NCBI GenBank assembly: GCA_964530795.1
Contig: CAZHBX010000006.1
Span: 512-64,511 of the forward strand
DNA from: an uncultured Ruminococcus sp.
GTDB taxonomy: Bacteria; Bacillota; Clostridia; Oscillospirales; CAG-382
Direction: 5' to 3'
DNA length: 64,000 nucleotides
The stretch's first letter is position 1, and every line of letters starts with the position of its first letter. Shown one piece after another: positions 53,458-63,321 of this stretch. A program made the translations under genes and the position numbers. The notes beneath the pieces were generated by a model. The model ran no database searches. It was not told where the DNA came from and was given only the letters and a program-made list of their open reading frames with translations.

Positions 53458-54837
53458 TCAATCACCCTCCCCGAAATACTGTGCGAGCAATTTCGGGTCG
53501 AGACGGTCCATTTCGGACGCGGGCAGCAGCCGCAGCATCTGCCAGCCGAGGTCGAGCGTCTCTTCGATGGAGCGGTTCTCGTGCTGTCCCTGCGCGATGA
53601 AGCGGGTTTCGAACGCCTGCCCGAATTGCAGGTACCGGCGGTCGGTCTCGCTTAGCTCGTCCTCGCCAATAACCGCGGAGAGCGCGCGGGCGTCCTGCAC
53701 CTTGGAATAGGACGAGAACAGCTGGTTCATCAGCGGCGCGTGGTCGGCGCGGGTATACCCCTCCCCGATGCCGTCCTTCATTAGACGCGATAGACTTAAT
53801 AGAACATTGATCGGCGGGTAGATCCCCTTGCCGTTCAGGGCGCGGTCGAGCACAATCTGCCCCTCTGTAATATACCCGGTCAGGTCGGGAATCGGGTGAC
53901 CGATATCGTCGTTGGGCATCGTCAGGATTGGAATCTGTGTGACCGAGCCTCTCTTGCCTTTGACCATTCCCGCCCGCTCATACAGCGACGCGAGATCGGA
54001 ATAGAGGTAGCCCGGGTATCCTTTCCGCCCGGGGATTTCCCCTTTCGACGAGGAAAACTCCCGTAACGCTTCGCAATAGGAGGTCATGTCCGTCATAACG
54101 ACCAGAACGTGCATCCCAAGGTCGAACGCAAGGTACTCCGCCGCGGTCAACGCACAGCGGGGAGTGACCGTCCGTTCAATGATCGGATCATTGGAGGTGT
54201 TGAGGAACATCGCGACGTGGTCGAGTACGCCCGCGTCTTCGAAACAGCGGCGGAAGTACGCCGCGACGTCGTTCTTGACCCCCATCGCGGCGAACACGAC
54301 GGCGAACTGCTCCCGTTCTTCGCCGGCAATCTTCGCCTGGCTGACGATCTGGACGGCGAGCTCGTTGTGCTTCATGCCGTAGCCGGAAAAAATCGGCAGC
54401 TTCTGCCCGCGAATCAGCGTGGAAAGCGCGTCGATAGCGGAGATGCCGGTACAGATATAGTTGCGAGGGTAGACCCGTTCGACCGGGTTAATGGCCGAAC
54501 CGTTGATGTCCCGCACGCAGTTGGAAAAAACCGGTCCGAGCCCGTCGCGGGGCTTGCCGGTGCCGTCAAACACCCGTCCGAGAATACCGGCGGACAGCGG
54601 AATCGACATGGGGTGTCCGCAAAAGACAGTTTCCGTGTTTTCCAGGGAGAACCCCGCCGTGCCCTCAAACACCTGCACAATGACCCGGTCGCCGTCGATG
54701 CGGGCGATCTTGCCGGTCCGGACCGTGCCGTCTCGCATGCGGATCTCCGCTTGCTCATCGTAACCGACGCCGGACACGCCATCGAGCGCGATGAGCGACC
54801 CGGAAACCTCGCTTAACCCCTGGTAGGAGATGATCAT
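53458..54837 (-). CDS. ntpB: V/A-type ATPase subunit B
   Basis: Non-catalytic B subunit pattern (..[18 protein letters not shown].., [22 protein letters not shown]). Confidence 0.95.
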   Translation of the reverse strand: MIISYQGLSEVSGSLIALDGVSGVGYDEQAEIRMRDGTVRTGKIARIDGDRVIVQVFEGTAGFSLENTETVFCGHPMSIPLSAGILGRVFDGTGKPRDGLGPVFSNCVRDINGSAINPVERVYPRNYICTGISAIDALSTLIRGQKLPIFSGYGMKHNELAVQIVSQAKIAGEEREQFAVVFAAMGVKNDVAAYFRRCFEDAGVLDHVAMFLNTSNDPIIERTVTPRCALTAAEYLAFDLGMHVLVVMTDMTSYCEALREFSSSKGEIPGRKGYPGYLYSDLASLYERAGMVKGKRGSVTQIPILTMPNDDIGHPIPDLTGYITEGQIVLDRALNGKGIYPPINVLLSLSRLMKDGIGEGYTRADHAPLMNQLFSSYSKVQDARALSAVIGEDELSETDRRYLQFGQAFETRFIAQGQHENRSIEETLDLGWQMLRLLPASEMDRLDPKLLAQYFGEGD

Positions 54838-54861
54838 CTGTCCGTTCTGCCTCCTTTGTCG

Positions 54862-56625
54862 TTACTGGGCGGCAAGCCGCTCGACAGTCTGGTCGATCTC
54901 GGCGTCGATCGCGTCGAAACCGGATAAGTCCGTGTTGGGAATGTCGAATTTCATGCGAATCAGCTTTTCATAGAGTCCACTCTCCGAGACGCGAGACGCG
55001 GGCTTGCCTTTTTCGATCAGAGAGCGGGATGCGTCATACAGGTGCAGGATGGTCTTCATCATGTGGAACTGCTTTTCGAGCGGGACATAAGTGTCCTCGG
55101 GGTGGTAGGCGTTCTGCTGCAAAAAGCCAACACGAATGACCCGGGCAATGTCAATGATTAGCCGCTGGTCGTCCGGCAGGACATCCGCACCGATGAGCTT
55201 GACAATCTCCATGAGCGAGCTTTCCTCCAGCAGCAACGAAACGATGCGGCGGCGGTATTCGCCGAAGTGCGGGTCGACCCGGGCGTTAAAGTACGGGGCA
55301 AGTTCCGGCTCGTATTCGCTGTAGCTTTCCATCCAGTTGATGGAGGGGTAATGCCGCGCGTAGGCAAGGGACTTGTCGAGCGCCCAGAAAACGCGGGTGA
55401 ACCGCTTGGTATTTTGCGTGACCGGCTCGGAGAAGTCGCTCCCCTGCGGGGAAACCGCTCCAATGACCGTCACCGACCCGCGCCGGCCGCTCAGCGTACT
55501 CACGCTCCCCGCCCGCTCATAGAACGCGGACAGACGGGACGGCAGGTACGCAGGGAAGCCCTCCTCGGCGGGCATTTCCTCCAGACGGCCGGAAATCTCC
55601 CGCAGCGCCTCCGCCCAGCGGGAGGTTGAGTCCGCCATCATCGCCACGTCGTATCCCATGTCACGGAAGTATTCCGCGAGCGTGATACCGGTGTAAATGG
55701 ACGCTTCGCGCGCGGCGACGGGCATATTTGAGGTGTTGGCAATCAAAATAGTGCGCTCGGTCAACTTCTTGCCGGTGCGGGGGTCAATGAGTTCGCCGAA
55801 CTCGTCGAGCACCTGCGTCATCTCGTTGCCGCGCTCCCCGCACCCGACGTAGACGATCAGATCTGCGTCGCACCACTTGGCGAGCTGGTGCTGGGTCATG
55901 GTTTTGCCGGTGCCGAACCCGCCCGGGATCGCAGCCGTGCCGCCCTTGGCAATCGGGAACACCGAATCGATGACCCGCTGCCCGGTAATCAGCGGGACGG
56001 TAAACGGCAATCGTTCCCGGAACGGGCGAGGCTGCCGGATCGGCCACTTCTGCGCAAGGCAGACCGGGTGTTCGGTTCCGTTCACGTCCCGTAGGCGAAG
56101 AATCGGTTCCTCAATGGTGTACTCTCCGTCCGGGGCGGTCCAGACGACCATGCCGGAGAGGTCCGGCGGGACCATCGAACGGTGCAGAAAGCTCTCGGTC
56201 TCCTGTACCTCCGCAAAGACGCTTCCGCCGGAGAGTTCCTCCCCTTCCGAAACCGTCACATGGGTCTTCCAACGCTTGTGTGTGTCAAGTCCGCCAACTG
56301 GGGTGCCCCGCCCGATGAACACGCCGTCCTTTTCAGCGATGGCGCGCAGCGGACGCTCAATGCCGTCGAGGATGTCCCCGACGAGGCCCGGTCCGAGCGT
56401 AACAGAAAGCGGCAAGCCGGCGGGTTCGACCGGGTCGCCAGGACGGACGCCCGTCGTCTCCTCGTAGACCTGGATGAGCGTCTCCCGCGAAGTGACACGA
56501 ATCACCTCGCCGACCAGATGTTCCCGCCCGACGAGAACCATTTCCTGCATGAAAAAGCTCTTGGTATCGCGAACAGTCACGACCGGGCCGTTCACGCCGT
56601 ATACGACGTTTTTCTGTTCTTCCAT
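54862..56625 (-). CDS. ntpA: V/A-type ATPase catalytic subunit A
   Basis: Walker A GGFGTGKT, the non-homologous insert region, and PAEEGFPAYLPSRLSAFYERAG. Confidence 0.95.
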   Translation of the reverse strand: MEEQKNVVYGVNGPVVTVRDTKSFFMQEMVLVGREHLVGEVIRVTSRETLIQVYEETTGVRPGDPVEPAGLPLSVTLGPGLVGDILDGIERPLRAIAEKDGVFIGRGTPVGGLDTHKRWKTHVTVSEGEELSGGSVFAEVQETESFLHRSMVPPDLSGMVVWTAPDGEYTIEEPILRLRDVNGTEHPVCLAQKWPIRQPRPFRERLPFTVPLITGQRVIDSVFPIAKGGTAAIPGGFGTGKTMTQHQLAKWCDADLIVYVGCGERGNEMTQVLDEFGELIDPRTGKKLTERTILIANTSNMPVAAREASIYTGITLAEYFRDMGYDVAMMADSTSRWAEALREISGRLEEMPAEEGFPAYLPSRLSAFYERAGSVSTLSGRRGSVTVIGAVSPQGSDFSEPVTQNTKRFTRVFWALDKSLAYARHYPSINWMESYSEYEPELAPYFNARVDPHFGEYRRRIVSLLLEESSLMEIVKLIGADVLPDDQRLIIDIARVIRVGFLQQNAYHPEDTYVPLEKQFHMMKTILHLYDASRSLIEKGKPASRVSESGLYEKLIRMKFDIPNTDLSGFDAIDAEIDQTVERLAAQ

Positions 56626-57218
56626 TATGAAATATCCAATCCCGCCGTTTCCGCAAAGCGGCGTTTCTGTTCCGCAAGAAGCGTGTCGAGCGTATCGTCG
56701 GCCGTCACCCGTCCGTCGGCGGAAAGCGCGCGAAGCCCGCCGACGCGGATGGAGGCATCCCCGGAAAACGCCGTCCCTTCCGGGAAATACGACGCAAGCA
56801 GCGGCACGAATGAGAGGTCCTTTTCGCGTAAGAACACATGCGGCACACCGTCCGGGAGCGCGCGGCAGATCCGCTCGGCGGACGCGCGCAGATAGTCCGG
56901 GTACTCCCCACCGGAAACGAACTCCGACAGCCGAGTTTCCACCCGGGCGAACACGGATTCCCGGATCGCCTGCTGCTTTTCGGATACGGCGGCGGACGCA
57001 GCGCGAAGTGCTTCCGACACCAGACGTCCCGCGTCCTTCTGCGCCTCCGCGCGGGCGGCGCTTAGCGCTCTCGCGCGCTCCGCGGCAAGCCGCCTGCGTT
57101 CCGCGTCGAGTTCCTCCGAGCGAAGCTGCTCCGCTTCCGAGCGGATCTCGCCGCTTTCCCGTTCCGCACGCGCGTGTATGGAGAGAAGAAAGGAATGAAG
57201 ATGGTCCTGTTCGGACAT
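56625..57218 (-). CDS. ntpE: V/A-type ATPase subunit E
   Basis: Long N-terminal coiled coil plus a globular C-terminus, in the position between F and A. The stop overlaps the ntpA ATG (TAATG). Confidence 0.7.
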   Translation of the reverse strand: MSEQDHLHSFLLSIHARAERESGEIRSEAEQLRSEELDAERRRLAAERARALSAARAEAQKDAGRLVSEALRAASAAVSEKQQAIRESVFARVETRLSEFVSGGEYPDYLRASAERICRALPDGVPHVFLREKDLSFVPLLASYFPEGTAFSGDASIRVGGLRALSADGRVTADDTLDTLLAEQKRRFAETAGLDIS

Positions 57219-57241
57219 AACGATCCCTCCTGATGCGTTTT

Positions 57242-57553
57242 TTAGATTTTCACGCCGATGGCTTCCTGAATATAGCTGGTGATACGGTCCGCGTAGGCGG
57301 TTTCCCCGACATGGCGGTCCGGCACCTCCACGATGAGCGGACGGCGGCTTTGCAGCCGGACACGATTGACAAGCTGCTGCTGCATGGCGGCAAGGCGTGG
57401 GGAAATCAGCACGATGCCAACTTCCGGGTCATCAATGGCCTTTTCGAGCGCCTCGCGAACCTCCTCGGGCGTATGCGCCTCCGCTCCAGCGACGCCGGCG
57501 AGACGCATCCCCATGACCGTGTCGTGCGTGTCCGCAATCAGTACGAAGCGCAT
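57242..57553 (-). CDS. ntpF: V/A-type ATPase subunit F
   Basis: 103 aa, with MGMRLAGV and IVLISPRLA motifs typical of subunit F. Confidence 0.75.
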   Translation of the reverse strand: MRFVLIADTHDTVMGMRLAGVAGAEAHTPEEVREALEKAIDDPEVGIVLISPRLAAMQQQLVNRVRLQSRRPLIVEVPDRHVGETAYADRITSYIQEAIGVKI

Positions 57554-57555
57554 GA

Positions 57556-58068
57556 TTACAGCGCCGTCAGCGCGGAAAGGTCCGGCATTTTCAGGATGAT
57601 CAGGAAGGCAATGATGAAGCCGTAGATCGCGACCGCTTCGCCGAGCGCGACGAAGATCATGGATTTACCGAAAGACTTCGGGTCCTCCGCGACCGCGCCG
57701 ATGGCGGCAGGGGCGCCCGCGGAAAGCGCGATGCCCGCGCCGAGCGCCGCAAGTCCGATGCTCAAAGCGGCGCCGATGAAGCCGAGACCGGCGGCGAGCC
57801 CCGCACCGGACGAGGATTCTTCAGGCACATTCGCGGCAGGCTGGTTCCCGTTCTCCAGCGGGGCGGGAGTCGGTTCCTCTGCGGCGGAAACCGCGAGCAC
57901 AAGCGTCAGGCAAAGCGCCAGAGCAACCCCGAACGACAGGAACTGCCGGCGAAAGGCGGACTTCCCGTTCCCCGTGCGCTTCATGGTGAAGAACGCGACG
58001 GCGACCGAGGCGGCAAGCGCGAGGATCGGGAGCAGTACGGCAAGAATTGTGGTGAGCATGGGATTCAT
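57556..58068 (-). CDS. ntpK: V/A-type ATPase proteolipid (subunit K/c) with a single c-hairpin and an unrelated N-terminal two-TM extension
   Basis: The C-terminal 80 aa form a Gly/Ala-rich helix plus an ion-binding Glu helix (FVALGEAVAIYGFIIAF). The N-terminal 85 aa show no c-subunit similarity. ATG 58059 is an alternative start. Confidence 0.75.
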   Translation of the reverse strand: MNPMLTTILAVLLPILALAASVAVAFFTMKRTGNGKSAFRRQFLSFGVALALCLTLVLAVSAAEEPTPAPLENGNQPAANVPEESSSGAGLAAGLGFIGAALSIGLAALGAGIALSAGAPAAIGAVAEDPKSFGKSMIFVALGEAVAIYGFIIAFLIILKMPDLSALTAL

Positions 58069-58110
58069 CCTTTCTTTCTATAAGCCTTATAGCACGGTAA
58101 AACCGAAGGG

Positions 58111-60081
58111 TTACGAAGCGGAACGCTTTCCCCGTCGGAGCTTGGATGCGGGTTTGGCGTGGTGGAACGCAGCAGGCGCAAACTGCTTGCCGTCGCCGTC
58201 GTAAAAGCGGCTGAACATCTCGTAGAACTCCAGACGCAGTACCTGAATCGCGACGAGCAAACCCTCAAGCGCAGTGACGAATACGTTTCCGATGACCATC
58301 ATCACGATCCCGAGCGCACCGCCGCCGACGATCTCCGCCAGCGCCGAGAACGCCATCATCATTCCGGCGTGGATCAGCACGAACGCGCCGACGCGCAGGA
58401 AGCTAAGTGTGTTGGTAAAATAACTTAAGAACACTTCGATGAGTTCAAACAGATTTTCAATGACGTAATCCCCGACAGATTCCCCCAGCCGGAACCCTTC
58501 CCCGCGAAGCAGGGAGTTGAGCGGAACGTGGAAGAACACGAGGCAGACCGGGAGCAGCACACCGACGGTAACAAGCAGTACGCCGGGAATCGGAACAGAA
58601 ATGTCAAACACCCGCATAATCAGACACAACAGCGAAAGGTACAAAAAGATTCCCGCCACACCGTTCGCACCGAAGAGGGCGTTGCCGTAGTTGCGCTTTT
58701 TGACCGACGAGCAAATACCGATGCACATCGCCAGGAGCAGCAGCACGACCCCGATGCCGATAGAGAGCGCAAGCAGGGTATTTGCGTTATCCATGACCGA
58801 AAACGGCTTGCCGGAAAGCCCAATGGCGTGATAGAGCGGGTTGAGCAAATCCTCGTAACCGAAAACACTGCCGAACAGGAAGCCGAAAACCGTCCCGCAC
58901 AGCCCGCAGGGGATGAGGATCTTCCCAACCGGGTTATGGAAGAAGTGGTACATCACGTACCCGGCAATTGCAAGCAGGATCCCCTGCCCAACGTCGGCGA
59001 ACATGATACCGTAAAGGAGGGTGTACGTCAGGGCGACGAACGGGGTCGGGTCAACCTCATGATAGGAGGGCGAACCGTACATCTCGACGAAGTATTGGAA
59101 CGGGCGGAAGATGCGCCAGTTGCGAAGCCGGGTCGGAGGGGTTCCCTCCGCGGCGTCGCCGCCGACGGTCAGGTCGGAAACGGTGAAGCTGTCCACCTGC
59201 CGGAGTGCCGTTTCCAGTTCCTCGCACTGTTCCTCCGGCACCCAGCAGACTAGGGCCGCGTAGGTTCCGCGGTAAAGGCAAGCGTACCGGCGCAGGGCGC
59301 AGACCTCGCTTTGGTATTTTAGGTGGGCGTACAGCGAAAGCAGTCCCTCCCGGTGGGACTGGAAAAAGGAGACGAGCCGGTCGTTCGCCGCGTGCAGCTC
59401 GACGTGAAGGTCATAGATCTGCTCCGCGTCGAACGCGATGATGCGGGAGGGGGTGCCGTCCTTTTCGGGCAGATCCGCCTGCCGGAAGAACAGAGACGCG
59501 AAGATGCGGTCCGCATCGTCGTCCCCACGCGGGGAAAGGTAGAGCAGCCAGCAGAACTCCTTGTCCGTCGAGCAGGGCACGTACTGCAGGGAGTCGGTTT
59601 TCCCGTATTGTAAAAGCTTTTCATAGCTGTCGGCCGGAATGCACCCGAACCGGACCGTGACGAATTCCGTCTTTCGCAGCTCCTCCAGCTTCACGTCGAG
59701 CGAAGCGAAGTGCGTCAGCAGCGCGCGCTCCTCCTCGAGCAGCCGGATACGTTCCTTCAGGGCCGCGCAGTCGTTCTGCAAAGCGTGCAGCTCGTCGTTG
59801 AGATCGCTGAGCACCTGGTCCGCCTCCGCCCCTTCCCCGCCGGGCAGCGGTTCGACGGTTTCCGGGTCAATACCGCACAGTTTGACCGTCTCCTCCACGC
59901 GTGCGCAGACAACCGCCGCCTGGTTCTGCTCGTTGAGCGGGGAGAAGTCCCGCGTGTCCGCCATGACGGACGAGGCGTTTTCGAGATGCACAAATCCCAG
60001 TGACGTGACCGCGCCGAGCGCGTCGTTGAGCTGTTCCGCCTTGCCGAGCAGCAATTTCATTTTCATCTTTTCGACTGACAT
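58111..60081 (-). CDS. ntpI: V/A-type ATPase subunit I (a-subunit)
   Basis: GGAGG RBS before ATG 60081. The cytoplasmic N-domain starts KMKMKLLLG..LGFVHLEN. The C-terminal membrane domain has the conserved Arg helix (LSFLRVGAF). Confidence 0.85.
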   Translation of the reverse strand: MSVEKMKMKLLLGKAEQLNDALGAVTSLGFVHLENASSVMADTRDFSPLNEQNQAAVVCARVEETVKLCGIDPETVEPLPGGEGAEADQVLSDLNDELHALQNDCAALKERIRLLEEERALLTHFASLDVKLEELRKTEFVTVRFGCIPADSYEKLLQYGKTDSLQYVPCSTDKEFCWLLYLSPRGDDDADRIFASLFFRQADLPEKDGTPSRIIAFDAEQIYDLHVELHAANDRLVSFFQSHREGLLSLYAHLKYQSEVCALRRYACLYRGTYAALVCWVPEEQCEELETALRQVDSFTVSDLTVGGDAAEGTPPTRLRNWRIFRPFQYFVEMYGSPSYHEVDPTPFVALTYTLLYGIMFADVGQGILLAIAGYVMYHFFHNPVGKILIPCGLCGTVFGFLFGSVFGYEDLLNPLYHAIGLSGKPFSVMDNANTLLALSIGIGVVLLLLAMCIGICSSVKKRNYGNALFGANGVAGIFLYLSLLCLIMRVFDISVPIPGVLLVTVGVLLPVCLVFFHVPLNSLLRGEGFRLGESVGDYVIENLFELIEVFLSYFTNTLSFLRVGAFVLIHAGMMMAFSALAEIVGGGALGIVMMVIGNVFVTALEGLLVAIQVLRLEFYEMFSRFYDGDGKQFAPAAFHHAKPASKLRRGKRSAS

Positions 60082-60110
60082 GATCTCTTTCCTCCCTTCC
60101 TTCCGCCCTG

Positions 60111-61160
60111 TTATCCCCGTTCCTTCGCCGGGAGCAGCAGCAATTCGCGGATCTGCGCCGGGGGAAGCCTGTAACGGACTCCTTCGATGACATAGACGAG
60201 GTTCTTGACCTCCAACTCCAGCCAATTGAGATAGGCAAACAGAACGACTGAGGGGAAGGCGGAAAAATGGATCCGCTTGCGCAGCAGGTCCGGCAGAAAC
60301 CGGTCCGACCAGTTCCCGCCCGAAAGCAACTCCCCGCCCGTCGTCTGCTTGCCGTATCGCCCAGCGAGAAAGACGCGCAGAACATCTTCCCCGGTCGGGG
60401 CGGCGAGCATCTCCTCAAGCTCCGCACCGGTCAGCCGAAGCCGAAAGCCGCTGAGCATCGCCCGCAGCAGGGCGGGACTAAGCCCGTAATAGGTTTTGGC
60501 GCGGTAGAGAAGCTCCGCGTCGCCGAGTTCGGCCTTCAAAAACAGGATCTCCTTGAGTGCGTCCGCTTCCGCGCCGGAGGAACGCTCGGAAAAGCGCTTC
60601 TCCATGTATTCGTAGACCGACCGGTCCAGAACCGCTTCGGAAAGCGGCAGATCCAACCCGTCCCGGCTTTGCAGGACGGGCGTTAGAATCTTTTCAAAGA
60701 AGCTCCCGTGCAGACAGGCGATCAGGTCCTCCTTGGTCTGAGCCTGCGCCAGGCCGTGCAGGGAGAACTTCGACCTTGTCTCCGGGAGCAGCATGGCGGA
60801 AAACACGTACCGCTCCGACTGCCCGGCGGCGAGGAAACGCAGAAAGCCGACGAGCTCGTTGACGCTGTTGCGCAGGAGAATATAGTCCCGCAGGTCTGCG
60901 GTATCCGCCCCGCCCGCATTGCAGAGAGCGAGGCTGCGCTCGAACAGCGCCTTGCGGAGCTGGTATTCAAGCAGCCCACGGGTCGGAACGCTGTCCCCCC
61001 ACGCGAGGGAAGCGCCGTACGCGGTCCGCTCGCGCAGAAAAGACGCGACGTCAGGGACGCTCTTGCAGGACGCCATTTCGAGATAATCCGCCTCCCGCAG
61101 CCGCGCGCCGTACTGGGCGCGAACGCGCGTGAGGATCGCAAAAGAAGCATTCCCCGACAA
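60111..61160 (-). CDS. ntpC: V/A-type ATPase subunit C (d-subunit equivalent)
   Basis: All-helical 349 aa in the expected operon position. TTG 61160 follows AAGGAGGGGG. ORF start 61238 would overlap the upstream gene. Confidence 0.75.
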   Translation of the reverse strand: MSGNASFAILTRVRAQYGARLREADYLEMASCKSVPDVASFLRERTAYGASLAWGDSVPTRGLLEYQLRKALFERSLALCNAGGADTADLRDYILLRNSVNELVGFLRFLAAGQSERYVFSAMLLPETRSKFSLHGLAQAQTKEDLIACLHGSFFEKILTPVLQSRDGLDLPLSEAVLDRSVYEYMEKRFSERSSGAEADALKEILFLKAELGDAELLYRAKTYYGLSPALLRAMLSGFRLRLTGAELEEMLAAPTGEDVLRVFLAGRYGKQTTGGELLSGGNWSDRFLPDLLRKRIHFSAFPSVVLFAYLNWLELEVKNLVYVIEGVRYRLPPAQIRELLLLPAKERG

Positions 61161-61198
61161 CCGTTCCCCCTCCTTTCCGCAAGGGCTTTTCCCGTTTT

Positions 61199-61519
61199 CT
61201 ATCCGCGCAGGACCGACGCGAGAATCTGTTCCACCCACGCGGCGGTGCGAGAAGCGGAAAGCTCGTCGAGGCGGCGAAGCTTCTGATTCTTTTCGGCTTC
61301 GATCGTGTCGAGTCTGCTGTCGGCCGCCTTGCGCTCGGATTCCCGCATATGCTGGATAAGCGCCTTAGTTTCCTCCTCGTACGAGGCGCGAAGCGCCGCC
61401 TTCTCTTCCGTCAGGGAGGCGGCGATCGTCGCTTTTTCCGACAGGGCGGAGGAAGTCATCTCCCGCGCCTTCGCGTCCGCGCGGAGAATGCTTTGCAGCA
61501 GTTGATCCGCTTCATTCAT
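61199..61519 (-). CDS. small coiled-coil protein, probable V/A-ATPase peripheral-stalk subunit (G/H-like)
   Basis: 106 aa, predicted all alpha-helical and charged. It is the first gene of the ATPase operon. Confidence 0.45.
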   Translation of the reverse strand: MNEADQLLQSILRADAKAREMTSSALSEKATIAASLTEEKAALRASYEEETKALIQHMRESERKAADSRLDTIEAEKNQKLRRLDELSASRTAAWVEQILASVLRG

Positions 61520-61584
61520 CCTGACATTTCTCCTTTGTTTGCTCGCACCAGAACATCCGGTTCCGGTCTGCCCATATCCAATCT

Positions 61585-61612
61585 ATTTTAACACATTTTT
61601 TCAAAAAAACAA
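61585..61612 (-). promoter_or_regulatory. sigma-A-type promoter of the V-ATPase operon (TTGTTT-16-TAAAAT, TGn-extended)
   Basis: The reverse complement reads cTTGTTTttttgaaaaaatgtgtTAAAATag. Confidence 0.45.
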
Positions 61613-61648
61613 GAGAAATTAAAATAATTTAACAATTTTTTTCATCCA

Positions 61649-62446
61649 TTAGGAGAGCCGTCGCAGGATCCAATCCAGATACAGCCCAACCGGGCGAATG
61701 TCCGTGTGCGCATACAGCATCCGGCAGCCGACGACGTCCTCCGCTTCGTTGAACACGGTTTGCCCCCGGTCAAACAGGAAGTCGATTCCCGCGAGCCCGA
61801 ACGGCAGCGCTTTTTGAAAAGCCCAAACCATCTCCTTTTCCCGGCTGGAAAGGGTGTACGGGAAAGCGCGGCCGCCGAGGCAAAAGTTGCTGCGGAAATC
61901 CGTCTCCGAGACCCGCAGCATCGCCGCAAGGATTTTATCACCGAGGATATAGACCCGCAAGTCCTTTCCCGGCTCGGAAACATATTTCTGCGCCACGGAC
62001 GGCACGCCGCGGAGCGATTCCGACGCGGTTTTCGCTTCCCCGGCGTTCCGGACGAGGTACACCTGCGTTCCGCCGTGCCCGGCGCAGGCTTTGAGCACGT
62101 ACGGGTACGGAAAGTCCGGCAGGACGGCCGGGTCCGGGACGTAGACGGTTTTCGGGTAGGACACGCCAAGGGAATCGGCGAGACGGTAAGTGTTCCACTT
62201 GTCGTTGCAGCAGGCGCTGACCGAGGCGGTGTTGAAGATCGGGATACCCCGCGCCTCCAAGCGGGCGCTGAGGGGCGGGTCCATCACGCGAACCACCGCG
62301 AAGTCCGGATTTTCTTCCGGCAGCGGCTCACTCGTCCGGTGGAGTTCCATCGTCACACCCCGTTTTGCGGCTTCCTCCCGCCAAAAACCGATGAACGCGC
62401 GGTTGCGCGCTTCCCCCTCCGGCGTGTAGAACAGCCAGCCGGTCAT
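61649..62446 (-). CDS. RimK-family ATP-grasp ligase, paralogue 2 (265 aa)
   Basis: CNDKWNTYRL..PYVLKACAGHGGTQVYLV..DLRVYILGDKILAAMLR..FRSNFCLGGRA..GIDFLF. ATG 62446 overlaps the upstream stop (ATGA). Confidence 0.7.
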   Translation of the reverse strand: MTGWLFYTPEGEARNRAFIGFWREEAAKRGVTMELHRTSEPLPEENPDFAVVRVMDPPLSARLEARGIPIFNTASVSACCNDKWNTYRLADSLGVSYPKTVYVPDPAVLPDFPYPYVLKACAGHGGTQVYLVRNAGEAKTASESLRGVPSVAQKYVSEPGKDLRVYILGDKILAAMLRVSETDFRSNFCLGGRAFPYTLSSREKEMVWAFQKALPFGLAGIDFLFDRGQTVFNEAEDVVGCRMLYAHTDIRPVGLYLDWILRRLS

Positions 62447-63288
62447 GTTGCCGCTTTGCGCAGAATGTGCGCGAGAATGGCATCGGCGACATCGACGCCG
62501 GTGCAGTCGCAGAGGTTGCGGATGTGGGCGTTGGAGTTGACTTCGCACAGCAGGGGTTCGTCCCCTTCGCCGAACAGCAGGTCCACCCCGCCGAAGTCCA
62601 GCCCAAGCGCTTCGCACGCCCGCACGGCGAGGACCCTCTGCGCTTCCGTTGCGTCGTACGGGCGCATGGAGCCGCCGTTGGAAAGGTTGGCGCGGAAATC
62701 CGTCTCCGACCAGCGATACATCGTCGCCACGACTTCCCCGCCGACCACCTGCAAGCGCACGTCCCGTCCGGCGGAGGACGCGATGAACCTCTGCAAAAGT
62801 GTCGTCCGGGGGGCGGAAGCATTGAGCCGTTCGACGAGTTCCCGTTCGTCCTGCACCAGCCAGACCTGCTGTCCGAAGGATCCGCACGCCTCCTTGACGA
62901 CCATCGGAAATCCGAGCGTCCGCACGGCCGTCTCAACGAATGGATTGCCGGCCCAGTCGCAAGGAAAAAACACCATCGGGACGAGCAGGGTCTCCGGCAT
63001 GGGGATTCCCATCTCACGAAGCCGCAGGTAGGTCAGCGACTTGTCGTCGCACAATGCGACCGCCGACGAAGAATTGAACACCCGGCAACCGTCCTGCTCG
63101 AGCAGCCGGGCGAGTCGCACGTCCTTTGACAGGAACAGCACGAAGTCCGCATCCCGCGGAATTTCCTCGGCGTTGCTGCGGACAGTCAGGGTGACGTTCC
63201 GCCTCTCCGCAGCTCGGAGGTACAGTCCAAACTGGGACGCGTACTTTCCGTCCCGCAGCTCGTGGTTGACCACAAGAATCCCTTGCAT
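62443..63288 (-). CDS. RimK-family ATP-grasp ligase, paralogue 1 (281 aa)
   Basis: CDDKSLTYLRL..FPMVVKEACGSFGQQVWLV..DVRLQVVGGEVVATMYR..FRANLSNGGSM..GVDLLF..LLCEVNSN. Confidence 0.7.
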   Translation of the reverse strand: MQGILVVNHELRDGKYASQFGLYLRAAERRNVTLTVRSNAEEIPRDADFVLFLSKDVRLARLLEQDGCRVFNSSSAVALCDDKSLTYLRLREMGIPMPETLLVPMVFFPCDWAGNPFVETAVRTLGFPMVVKEACGSFGQQVWLVQDERELVERLNASAPRTTLLQRFIASSAGRDVRLQVVGGEVVATMYRWSETDFRANLSNGGSMRPYDATEAQRVLAVRACEALGLDFGGVDLLFGEGDEPLLCEVNSNAHIRNLCDCTGVDVADAILAHILRKAAT

Positions 63289-63321
63289 GCTTTTTCTATG
63301 CCCCCTTTTCCCGCTTTTTTC

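Noticed and set aside
61649-63288. The idea that the ATP-grasp genes next to purE are purK (N5-CAIR synthetase).
   Set aside because: The length is wrong (265-281 aa versus about 380 aa). The motif set is RimK-like rather than PurK-like. They are in divergent orientation with a separate promoter.
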